NCBI GenBank assembly: GCA_965202585.1
Contig: OZ241834.1
Location: forward strand, 25,978,001-26,042,000
DNA length: 64,000 nt
Source: Thalia democratica
Taxonomy: Eukaryota
Reading direction: 5' to 3'
Part shown: in pieces, positions 1 through 10,290 of the stretch
How the letters are laid out: each line of letters starts with the position of its first letter
How positions within the stretch are numbered: the first letter of the stretch is position 1
The notes under the pieces: generated by a model
The model's input: the letters and a program-made list of their open reading frames with translations, nothing else
What the model was told of the DNA's origin: nothing
Databases searched by the model: none
Program-made: the position numbers and the translations under genes

Positions 1-17
1 ACACCAGCTCAAAATAA
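1..17 (+). CDS. H2B: Histone H2B 3' end (cut by window edge)
   Basis: ac acc agc tca aaa taa identical to 7561-7577, followed by stem-loop. Confidence 0.9.
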
Positions 18-30
18 ACGCTAAACAACC

Positions 31-46
31 GGTCCTTTTTAGGACC
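31..46 (+). terminator. Histone 3' stem-loop (H2B; 3'-processing element)
   Basis: GGTCCT TTTT AGGACC. Confidence 0.95.
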
Positions 47-1265
47 ACCATTTGAATAGAACCAGCTGTTCATGTTTACTTAAAGTACAAGAATATAAGC
101 TTAGTACAAATAAGTTCTTATTTGTGTAAATTAAAAACTCATATACTTGAATGAACACACTTTTTTTTTTGTTTCAAATGCTTTATAAACTTGTAACTCG
201 TTATATTGTAGAAAAAGCATTGCATTAGTCTAAAAACAGTAGTAGTGCTTGTAATCAAATGGTTTGTAAAAGATGTTTAACTAACTTGATTTTGTTGTCC
301 GTAAGATTTTTCATCTGAATACTTTTTGTACAAAACACTTGTTTTTATTCATTTGCTGAAGTTCTGTTGAAACATTCAATAAATAAGTGCTTACAAAAAA
401 GTATCATCTTTTTAAACAAAAATGTATATCACTTATAACATGCAAAAACTTAGTTGTAACTTTATTTTAAGTTGTTGTTGATTATTAGTAACACAACCGA
501 GCTTTAACTTTTTAAACGAGTTCTTCTTATCAACTTAACTGCAATTGAAGCCATGTAACACGTTTTAAAAAGTTACGAATACATAAATGAATACAAAAAT
601 GGTTGTTCAAAACAAAAATTACAGATGTGTTTTTCAAGTAAAACAACATATTCCTTCTTTCAAAGCTAACTTCTGTTTAGCATATTCAAGAAACATTTTC
701 AATTCAAAACATAAACACACAAAACAAACCAGCTCATTGGTTGAAACTTGGTAAAACACAAAAAAGTAACTGCTTGTACTTTTTTAAGTAATTTATTATT
801 CTAGTTTTCAAAGTAAAAGGTACTTGTTTTAACTAGATATGAGACAACTTACTGACCTTTAACAACTCTAGTAGTTTGTTGAAAGTTATGTTTCTACATA
901 TCTAAAGTAATCAGGACCACCAGTTGATTTAAGCAGCGACTAATGTCGAGTAAACAGTGTCAAACAAGCTTAAACTAAGCGACAAAAAATGTACAAATTT
1001 ATATCTACATTGTGCGTGTTGGTAAAAATTAACAGTTAGTGTATTTCAATAACTTCTAAATAAACTTTCTAAAACTGAATTTCTCTGTTTTTATTTCTAC
1101 TAGTTAGTTACACTTACTTTATTTTTTGTAGTTCTACTTGACATTTTAAACTACTTTTGATAATGTAGAATAAGTTTTTCTGCTTCACTAGTATTTAAAT
1201 GTTAGGTAAAAATGTTTTTTAGTGGGAATTTTCTTGTTTAACTTATTGTTTAAACAAAACTTATT

Positions 1266-1724
1266 CTAGTTCATTTTACTTTGTAAACTTGTTTTTCAAA
1301 CACTCAATAGATATTTGTTGTTAGTTTAATAAAAAAATCAATCTGTCACTAAATAAAAATTTATGCTTAAATAAGACATTATATTAAATGAGAAGAAAAA
1401 TTTACTTTGCGTTGATACTAGTTCATTTTACTTTGTAAACTTGTTTTTCAAACACTCAATAGATATTTGTTGTTAGTTTAATAAAAAAATCAATCTGTCA
1501 CTAAATAAAAATTTATGCTTAAATAAGACATTATATTAAATGAGAAGAAAAATTTACTTTGCGTTGATACTAGTTCATTTTACTTTGTAAACTTGTTTTT
1601 CAAACACTCAATAGATATTTGTTGTTAGTTTAATAAAAAAATCAATCTGTCACTAAACAAAAATTTATGCTTAAATAAGACATTATATTAAATGAGAAGA
1701 AAAATTTACTTTGCGTTGATACTA
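1266..1724 (+). repeat. 3 x 152-bp direct tandem repeat in the first spacer
   Basis: CTAGTTCATTTTACTTTG... starts at 1266, 1418 and 1570; single copy in other units (e.g. 8825-8979). Confidence 0.95.
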
Positions 1725-4705
1725 AAAATGCTCAATGATATTTATTTAAGGTCTGATTGTCAAATAAGTATTAGTTTTATTTATCAGAATGCAAATGAAA
1801 CAATAAAAAACTGTTTAAAAGTTGAACAGTCAAACTAATGTAGACAACAGTGATTGTTTAAAACAAACATACAATTGAAATAATCTTTCTGCTTACAAAG
1901 CTCATACTTGTTTTGTTGAACTCATTTTTTCTGTGGCTATGACAAATTACAAAATGATTCCACGGTAAAAAAGAACAGCTTGTTACAATTTTTTGTAACT
2001 CTTTTTTAAACTATGTATGAGACAACTCAAAACGACGATACTTGTTTGTTTTAAGCTATGTACTTTTTAAATCTAAAGATTAGGTGGATCACCAACTAAT
2101 TACACAAGCTAATAATGACTACTAAACTCAACAACACAAATAAACATACTTTATCAACTTTGTGGTGATAAAGAATCAAAAACATATTTCCTTCCAAATT
2201 ATAAAACCAATTATTTATTAAATACCTAGCTTGCCAAATTTCTCTACTATACTTTTTTTATGCAACTGTTAAGAAGGGAACTCTAGCTAGATAACTGCTC
2301 TAATCCTTACTTTATTGCTTACTATTATCGAATGCTTAGTGAAAAGCTTTAACTAACTTGAGTGTCTTTTTCGTGGCCTTTTTCCTTTTAACTTTCTTTT
2401 TCAAATAAAACTTATTCTCATTAACTTTGTGGACATTTTTTAATTCAATATTTCATTTGTTTTTTAGTTTATTAAAAAAATACTGTGCCTACGTCACTGT
2501 AAAATCTATTTGTATTTTTCAATGAAAATAGTACGCTTAAACAGAAATAAAAACAAAACTTTGACTTATTAACTGAAAACGTTTTAAACTGTTAATAACA
2601 AACAATGTTTAGTGTCCTTAAAAAATGCTGTTCAATTACAATTAAACTACAACTGAAACATGCTTAACAATTCAAAACTGGTGTAACACATAAATGTAAA
2701 CAACATCGATTGTTAAGAAGAGAACACTATTAACAAGTACACAATTTACAAAACAAAATACCTTAATAAAATGATGAACTTGTATAAATAAATCTTTTAT
2801 TTTACAAAGCTTACATCTACTTACTTGATTTAAGCTTTCTAATCTTGTCAAGCATATGAAATAAACCAATTGATTAGCTAAAACATGGTACAAAGAAAAG
2901 AAGTAAAAAACTTGTTACCACTTGTTTGTTACCCTTATGTACGCTATACATAAGTAAACTAAAATTACTGTAACTTGTTGCTTTAAGCTGTGTAGTTTTT
3001 ATAAATCTAAAGAAGAAGAAAAAACTGGACAAAGCAAAACCAAAACTTTTTTAGCCTTCATTTTTTTACAGCTTATTATGTGACGGTACAAGTTCCATAA
3101 TAGGCAAACAACAATGTAAAACTTTGAATCAAGCAAATACTTTGTTTTATATGGTCTATAATTGAATAAGATAACAGTTACTTTGTTTCAAGTTTATATG
3201 TTATTGCTACAACAGCTATGTTCTTAACGACATCCGAGAATAAAATGTAACTTATCCTAAGCTGTGTTTTTAACTACATTAACAGTAAGTTAGAGATAAC
3301 TAGTTACGAATTTTGAAAAGCAAAACATTTAGTCAATGAAATCAATGGTACAGAATATTATGATTAATCTAGGTTGAGTAAACTAGGAAATCACTATTAG
3401 CAGTAAAGCAGTTAAAACACATGTTTAACTTGGTAAACACTTCAATCGTAAACTTTAAAAAACAGTACAAGTAGTAAGTTGTTCTATGTTGTTTCGACTG
3501 ACTTTAAATTTATGAGAAGTGACAAAACAAAGTTTGAAAAAAAAACTTAATTGCATTATTTTCCAGTTAAAAAGTTTCAAAGATAGATTGAAAGGTTATG
3601 AGTGCTGATTGTAAACAAAGCTTTATTCAAACACCAAGTTTGTCAATCTTATTTCAAAACGTTTTCATTTCGATTTTCTTACTCGATTTTATTTTGTATA
3701 TAATGCTGCTTAAAAAATAAACCAACCTCTTTTTTTACGTGAAATTTTTCATCCAAAAGGTATCAGCTTTTGTTAAAGTTCAAATTTAGTGCTAGTGTTC
3801 ATAAGCTTTTTCGACTTATTTACTTCTTTGAATTTAATTTACTTAATTTTGTTTGGAAATTTTACAACCAAATCCATTTGTTCACTTTTATCAGCACACT
3901 TTATTCGGTTGAAATCTGCAAAGTTAAAGTTCTTAGTTTGATCAAGGTTTAAGTTTAACGAGCAAAATTGCATCAGTTATTTTTTAAACTGTATAACAGC
4001 TTGAATCAGTTGTTTGAAACACTAATTGAATGTTAAACTACTTACCTGTTAAACTAGTTTTTCATATACACTGAAAAATAAAATTTGTGTTTAAATGTAG
4101 TTTACAACTTTCAAACAAGTATCATCATAGTTACTGTACAGCACGTTTTTGAAATGTTGTTTGGAAAACATTGTTGTAAGGTAAGTTACTAGTATGTGCA
4201 AGAACAAAGTTATCTAGTTGTCTGTTTAACAAAAGTTTTGAGTACATTGCTTATGAGTAATCATAAGCAGTAAAGCTAAAAAAAATGAACACTTTTATTC
4301 TTTCGGAATTACTTTTTACACATTAGTTTAAACTGTAATTAACTTGAACATACTTGATAGAACTTACGATTAACAAAACTCCATGAAATCGAAATAATGA
4401 AATTTTGTTTAAGTTTGAGGTAAAAAAAAACCTTATGCTTTGTTAAAACTTTATTACTTTAGGTGAGCGGCAAAGGAAAACTCAGTCGGAAGTGTGTTAA
4501 CATGTTTTGTTTCATTTATGTTTTTCTTAATATATTTAGAGGTGTGCTGTAAGATACAGGCTGTTATTTCTGGACTTTTCAAACTAGTTCTTTTAAAAAA
4601 ATTACTTTTAGAACAAGTTAGATATGGTTTCTTTCTTACTGGAACTTTTTCAACATTCGTAATAAGACAACTAAGTTTTTATAAGCATATATGTCTTAAA
4701 CAAAC

Positions 4706-4718
4706 ATGCTAATGCTTA
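4706..4718 (+). promoter_or_regulatory. H1 upstream octamer-like site ATGCTAAT(GCTTA)
   Basis: One mismatch to ATGCAAAT, 121 bp before the ATG; ATGCTAATGC is retained in all units. Confidence 0.4.
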
Positions 4719-4826
4719 TATTAAGAAGTAAAAGGTACCTTGCAAAGCATAACTGCTCAACAGTCAATTCGTCACAGTCAGTAACTCTTGCAAGTATCGT
4801 TTTGGTCGCTTTAATATTCATTCATC

Positions 4827-5387
4827 ATGTCTACCACAGCAGTAGCAGCAGTACCAGCGCCAGCCGCAGCCAGGTCTTCCAAGAGACCAAGCGCCAAGAA
4901 GGCAGAGCACCCTACTTACAGGGAAATGATTAGCTCTGCCCTTGGAGCAATGAAGGAACGAAAAGGTACATCCCGCCAGAAGATACAAAAGTTTATCGCG
5001 GACACCTACAAGCTTGACCTCACAGCTTCCAATTCTCACTTGAAGAGAGCACTTACCAGCGGCGTGACCAAAGGTGCTTTTCTCCAGACAACTGGAAAAG
5101 GAGCTTCCGGCTCGTTCAAGCTTGCTCCAATGCCAGCTGCTGGGCCCAAGAAGAGGACAAAAAAAGTAGCTAAAAAACCAGCAGCAAAGAAGGCCGCAGC
5201 TAAAAAACCAAAAAAGAAGTGTGCTCCCAAGAAGGCTGCAAAAAAACCAGCAGCCAAAAAGCGACCTGCTAAAAAGTGCGCTCCTAAGAAGGCAGCATCT
5301 AAAAAAGCTGCAAGCAAGAAGAAGAAAGTAACCAAGAAGAAGCCGGCAGCCAAAAAAGCATCCAAGAAGAAGAGCTGCAAAAAATAA
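4827..5387 (+). CDS. H1: Linker histone H1, 186 aa (family A)
   Basis: Globular domain HPTYREMI...GKGASGSFKL, Lys/Ala/Pro-rich tail, 3' stem-loop. Confidence 0.96.
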   Translation: MSTTAVAAVPAPAAARSSKRPSAKKAEHPTYREMISSALGAMKERKGTSRQKIQKFIADTYKLDLTASNSHLKRALTSGVTKGAFLQTTGKGASGSFKLAPMPAAGPKKRTKKVAKKPAAKKAAAKKPKKKCAPKKAAKKPAAKKRPAKKCAPKKAASKKAASKKKKVTKKKPAAKKASKKKSCKK

Positions 5388-5404
5388 GTTGTTCTTTTAC
5401 CCAA

Positions 5405-5420
5405 GGTCCTTTTCAGGACC
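5405..5420 (+). terminator. Histone 3' stem-loop (H1)
   Basis: GGTCCT TTTC AGGACC, just after stop. Confidence 0.95.
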
Positions 5421-5475
5421 ACTCAAACAAAATATAACGCAGCTCAAAATGCATAGAACGATGCTAAGTTGAAAA

Positions 5476-5487
5476 TATGCAAATTAG
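5476..5487 (+). promoter_or_regulatory. Octamer-containing motif TATGCAAATTAG, H3 promoter (all units)
   Basis: Identical 12-mer in all four core promoters. Confidence 0.75.
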
Positions 5488-5979
<492 letters not shown>

Positions 5980-5994
5980 GCGTTAGCTAAAACC

Positions 5995-6010
5995 GGTCCT
6001 TTTCAGGGCC
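5995..6010 (+). terminator. Histone 3' stem-loop (H3)
   Basis: GGTCCT TTTC AGGGCC (one U-G pair). Confidence 0.95.
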
Positions 6011-6089
6011 ACCTTAAAACTTTGACAGTGAGAAAAACTTGACCAAACGAAATAACTTAACTTAAATGTAAGTTAAGAGACTTTTTGAG

Positions 6090-6101
6090 TATGCAAATTA
6101 G
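6090..6101 (+). promoter_or_regulatory. TATGCAAATTAG, H4 promoter (all units)
   Basis: Identical 12-mer. Confidence 0.75.
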
Positions 6102-6134
6102 TTAGTAGTAACCGTACGCGTCCGTAACAGCTTG

Positions 6135-6489
<355 letters not shown>

Positions 6490-6506
6490 TCGCTTTTAGC
6501 AAACCC

Positions 6507-6522
6507 GGTCCTTTTTAGGACC
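6507..6522 (+). terminator. Histone 3' stem-loop (H4)
   Basis: GGTCCT TTTT AGGACC. Confidence 0.95.
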
Positions 6523-6582
6523 ACCTAATTCAATATAAAAGTTTTACAACATTTCTGACAAGATTAAGCATTAGCTATGACA

Positions 6583-6594
6583 TATGCAAATTAG
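6583..6594 (+). promoter_or_regulatory. TATGCAAATTAG, H2A promoter (all units)
   Basis: Identical 12-mer. Confidence 0.75.
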
Positions 6595-6671
6595 TTTTTT
6601 GTTCGACGCGGTTAGGTATGAGTTTTATGTTGAGCTGTGCAAGCTATCATCACAATCATTCGAACAACAAA

Positions 6672-7052
6672 ATGTCAGGACGTGGTAAAGGATCAAAACT
6701 CAAATCTAAGCCGAAGAGCAGGTCTTCCCGTGCAGGACTGCAGTTTCCAGTCGGTCGCGTGCACCGCCTGTTGCGCACCGGCAACTACAGCCAAAGAGTC
6801 GGAGCTGGTGCTCCAGTTTATCTGGCTGCCGTTCTCGAGTACTTGAGCGCAGAAGTGCTCGAGCTTGCCGGTAACGCTGCTCGTGACAACAAGAAAAGCA
6901 GGATCATTCCTCGCCATTTGCAACTAGCTATTCGCAACGACGAAGAGTTGAACAAACTTCTCGGCGGCGTCACAATTGCTCAAGGTGGTGTTCTTCCAAA
7001 CATCCAGGCAGTACTATTGCCTAAGAAGACCGCTTCAAAAAAGTCAGCCTAA
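6672..7052 (+). CDS. H2A: Histone H2A, 126 aa (start trimmed to MSGRGK)
   Basis: [10 protein letters not shown]...LLPKKT; the ORF-track extension runs through the promoter. Confidence 0.97.
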   Translation: MSGRGKGSKLKSKPKSRSSRAGLQFPVGRVHRLLRTGNYSQRVGAGAPVYLAAVLEYLSAEVLELAGNAARDNKKSRIIPRHLQLAIRNDEELNKLLGGVTIAQGGVLPNIQAVLLPKKTASKKSA

Positions 7053-7067
7053 GTTAAAAAAAAACCA

Positions 7068-7083
7068 GGTCCTTTTCAGGACC
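7068..7083 (+). terminator. Histone 3' stem-loop (H2A)
   Basis: GGTCCT TTTC AGGACC. Confidence 0.95.
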
Positions 7084-7157
7084 ACCAAAAATATTTACAA
7101 CAAACGAGAGAATTGTGAAGTGAGAGAAACTAGCTATCGTTCGCGTACGGAACTATG

Positions 7158-7169
7158 CTAATTTGCATA
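7158..7169 (-). promoter_or_regulatory. TATGCAAATTAG (inverted), H2B promoter (all units)
   Basis: CTAATTTGCATA on +. Confidence 0.75.
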
Positions 7170-7180
7170 ATTTTACAGCA

Positions 7181-7186
7181 TATAAA
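7181..7186 (+). promoter_or_regulatory. TATA box, H2B (all units)
   Basis: TATAAA 37 bp before ATG. Confidence 0.8.
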
Positions 7187-7217
7187 CCGGCGCCGAGACA
7201 GAAGTCCACACATCATC

Positions 7218-7577
7218 ATGACAGCAACCAAAGGCGCGAAGAAGTCAGTAGCCAAGACCGCTCCGGTCGACGGCAAGAAGAAGCGAAGGAGGAGGAACAA
7301 AGAAAGCTTTGGCATCTACGTGTACAAAGTTTTGAAGCAAGTGCACCCCGACACCGGAATTTCCAGCAAGGCAATGGGAATCATGAACTCATTTGTCAAC
7401 GACATCTTCGAGCGCATTGCAGCAGAGGCTTCACGTTTGGCTCATTACAACAAAAGATCAACTGTTAGCAGCCGCGAAATTCAAACTGCTGTCAGGCTCT
7501 TGCTCCCCGGCGAGTTGTCAAAGCACGCAGTTTCAGAAGGAACTAAAGCTGTTACCAAATACACCAGCTCAAAATAA
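7218..7577 (+). CDS. H2B: Histone H2B, 119 aa (start trimmed to MTATKG)
   Basis: [26 protein letters not shown]...AVTKYTSSK; ATG 37 bp after TATAAA. Confidence 0.96.
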   Translation: MTATKGAKKSVAKTAPVDGKKKRRRRNKESFGIYVYKVLKQVHPDTGISSKAMGIMNSFVNDIFERIAAEASRLAHYNKRSTVSSREIQTAVRLLLPGELSKHAVSEGTKAVTKYTSSK

Positions 7578-7590
7578 ACGCTAAACAACC

Positions 7591-7606
7591 GGTCCTTTTT
7601 AGGACC
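7591..7606 (+). terminator. Histone 3' stem-loop (H2B)
   Basis: GGTCCT TTTT AGGACC. Confidence 0.95.
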
Positions 7607-10290
7607 ACCATTTGAATAGAACCAGCTGTTCATGTTTACTTAAAGTACAAGAATATAAGCTTAGTACAAATAAGTTCTTATTTGTGTAAATTAAAAACTC
7701 ATATACTTGAATGAACACACTTTTTTTTTGTTTCAAATGCTTTATAAACTTGTAACTCGTTATATTGTAGAAAAAGCATTGCATTAGTCTAAAAACAGTA
7801 GTAGTGCTTGTAATCAAATGGTTTGTAAAAGATGTTTAACTAACTTGATTTTGTTGTCCGTAAGATTTTTCATCTGAATACTTTTTGTACAAAACACTTG
7901 TTTTTATTCATTTGCTGAAGTTCTGTTGAAACATTCAATAAATAAGTGCTTACAAAAAAGTATCATCTTTTTAAACAAAAATGTATATCACTTATAACAT
8001 GCAAAAACTTAGTTGTAACTTTATTTTAAGTTGTTGTTGATTATTAGTAACACAACCGAGCTTTAACTTTTTAAACGAGTTCTTCTTATCAACTTAACTG
8101 CAATTGAAGCCATGTAACACGTTTTAAAAAGTTACGAATACATAAATGAATACAAAAATGGTTGTTCAAAACAAAAATTACAGATGTGTTTTTCAAGTAA
8201 AACAACATATTCCTTCTTTCAAAGCTAACTTCTGTTTAGCATATTCAAGAAACATTTTCAATTCAAAACATAAACACACAAAACAAACCAGCTCATTGGT
8301 TGAAACTTGGTAAAACACAAAAAAGTAACTGCTTGTACTTTTTTAAGTAATTTATTATTCTAGTTTTCAAAGTAAAAGGTACTTGTTTTAACTAGATATG
8401 AGACAACTTACTGACCTTTAACAACTCTAGTAGTTTGTTGAAAGTTATGTTTCTACATATCTAAAGTAATCAGGACCACCAGTTGATTTAAGCAGCGACT
8501 AATGTCGAGTAAACAGTGTCAAACAAGCTTAAACTAAGCGACAAAAAATGTACAAATTTATATCTACATTGTGCGTGTTGGTAAAAATTAACAGTTAGTG
8601 TATTTCAATAACTTCTAAATAAACTTTCTAAAACTGAATTTCTCTGTTTTTATTTCTACTAGTTAGTTACACTTACTTTATTTTTTGTAGTTCTACTTGA
8701 CATTTTAAACTACTTTTGATAATGTAGAATAAGTTTTTCTGCTTCACTAGTATTTAAATGTTAGGTAAAAATGTTTTTTAATGGGAATTTTCTTGTTTAA
8801 CTTATTGTTTAAACAAAACTTATTCTAGTTCATTTTACTTTGTAAACTTGTTTTTCAAACACTCAATACATATTTGTTGTTAGTTTAATAAAAAAATCAA
8901 TCTGTCACTAACTAAAAATTTATGCTTAAATAAGACATTATATTAAATGAGAAGAAAAATTTACTTTGCGTTGATACTAAAAATGCTCAATGATATTTGT
9001 TTAAGGTCTGATTGTCAAATAAGTATTAGTTTTATTTATCAGAATGCAAATGAAACAATAAAAAACTGTTTAAAAGTTGAACAGTCAAACTAATGTAGAC
9101 AACAGTGATTGTTTAAAACAAACATACAATTGAAATAATCTTTCTGCTTACAAAGCTCATACTTGTTTTGTTGAACTCATTTTTTCTGTGGCTATGACAA
9201 ATTACAAAATGATTCCACGGTAAAAAAGAACAGCTTGTTACAATTTTTTGTAACTCTTTTTTAAACTATGTATGAGACAACTCAAAACGACGATACTTGT
9301 TTGTTTTAAGCTATGTACTTTTTAAATCTAAAGATTAGGTGGATCACCAATTAATTACACAAGCTACTAATGACTACTAAACTCAACAACACAAATAAAC
9401 ATACTTAATCAACTTTGTGGTGATAAAGAATCAAAAACATATTTCCTTCCAAATTATAAAGCCCATTATTTATTAAATACCTAGCTTGCCAAATTTCTCT
9501 ACTATACTTTTTTTATGCAACTGTTAAGAAGGGAACTCTAGCTAGATAACTGCTCTAATCCTTACTTTATTGCTTACTATTATCGAATGCTTAGTGAAAA
9601 GCTTTAACTAACTTGAGTGTCTTTTTCGTGGCTTTTTTCCTTTTAACTTTCTTTTCCAAATAAAACTTATTCTCATTAACTTTGTGGACATTTTTTAATT
9701 CAATATTTCATTTGTTTTTTAGTTTATTAAAAAAATACTGTGCCTACGTCACTGTAAAAACTATTTGTATTTTTCAATGAAAATAGTACGCTTAAACAGA
9801 AATAAAAATAAAACTTTGACTTATTAACTGAAAACGTTTTAAACTGTTAATAACAAACAATGTTTAGTGTCCTTAAAAAATGCTGTTCAATTACAATTAA
9901 ACTACAACTGAAACATGCTTAACAATTCAAAACTGGTGTAACACATAAATGTAAACAACATCGATTGTTCAAAAGAAAGAGAACACTATTAACAAGTACA
10001 CAATTTACAAAACAAAATACCTTAATAAAATGATGAACTTGTATAAACAAATCTTTTATTTTACAAAGCTTACATCTACTTACTTGATTTAAGCTTTCTA
10101 ATCTTGTCAAGCATATGAAATAAACCAATTGATTAGCTAAAACATGGTACAAAGAAAAGAAGCAAAAAACTTGTTACCACTTGTTTGTTACCCTTATGTA
10201 CGCTATACATAAGTAAACTGAAATTACTGTAACTTGTTGCTTTAAGCTGTGTAGTTTTTATAAATCTAAAGAAGAAGAAAAAACTGGACA
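7602..10290 (+). repeat. Degenerate ~870-bp tandem monomers in the spacer (present in every unit)
   Basis: Landmarks recur at ~850-940 bp: GGAYCACCA 7602/8473/9341; ATCTAAAG 8459/9326/10264; TATGAGACAACT 8397/9271; AAAACTTATTCT 8815/9662. Confidence 0.75.

Noticed and set aside
1789-1796. Isolated ATGCAAAT octamer in the spacer
   Set aside because: Lacks the T and TAG extension and has no nearby TATA or gene; plausible by chance in AT-rich DNA
4039-4048. TACTTACCTG resembling the U1 snRNA 5' end (or an antisense splice donor)
   Set aside because: No following U1 sequence or Sm site, and it is mutated in family B; some animal histone repeats do carry snRNA or 5S genes, but I recognised none here (an Infernal/tRNAscan run would settle it)
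4462-4495. GC-rich spacer island whose GCGGCAAAGGA matches H4 6188-6198 and reads VSGKGKL
   Set aside because: An 11-mer match is expected by chance in a 7-kb self-comparison and the similarity does not extend; a regulatory role cannot be excluded
2672-4712. 60-87 aa ORFs in the spacers
   Set aside because: AT-rich low-complexity translations with no recognisable domain; length and start differ between families; recurrence only reflects the repeat
5036-5422. 128-aa antisense ORF over H1 (and its copies), plus other antisense or shifted ORFs over H4, H2A and H2B
   Set aside because: By-products of the codon bias of the histone CDS (the Phe/Leu/Ala runs mirror Lys/Ala codons); no independent evidence
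6618-7217. N-terminal extensions of H2A and H2B in the ORF track (also H1 in family C)
   Set aside because: Upstream starts lie in or before the octamer and TATA elements and vary between families; canonical starts used instead
8470-8481. TCAGGACCACCA as a functional stem-loop of a hidden transcript
   Set aside because: The 5' arm is missing so the hairpin cannot form, and there is no upstream ORF; treated as a remnant (see findings)
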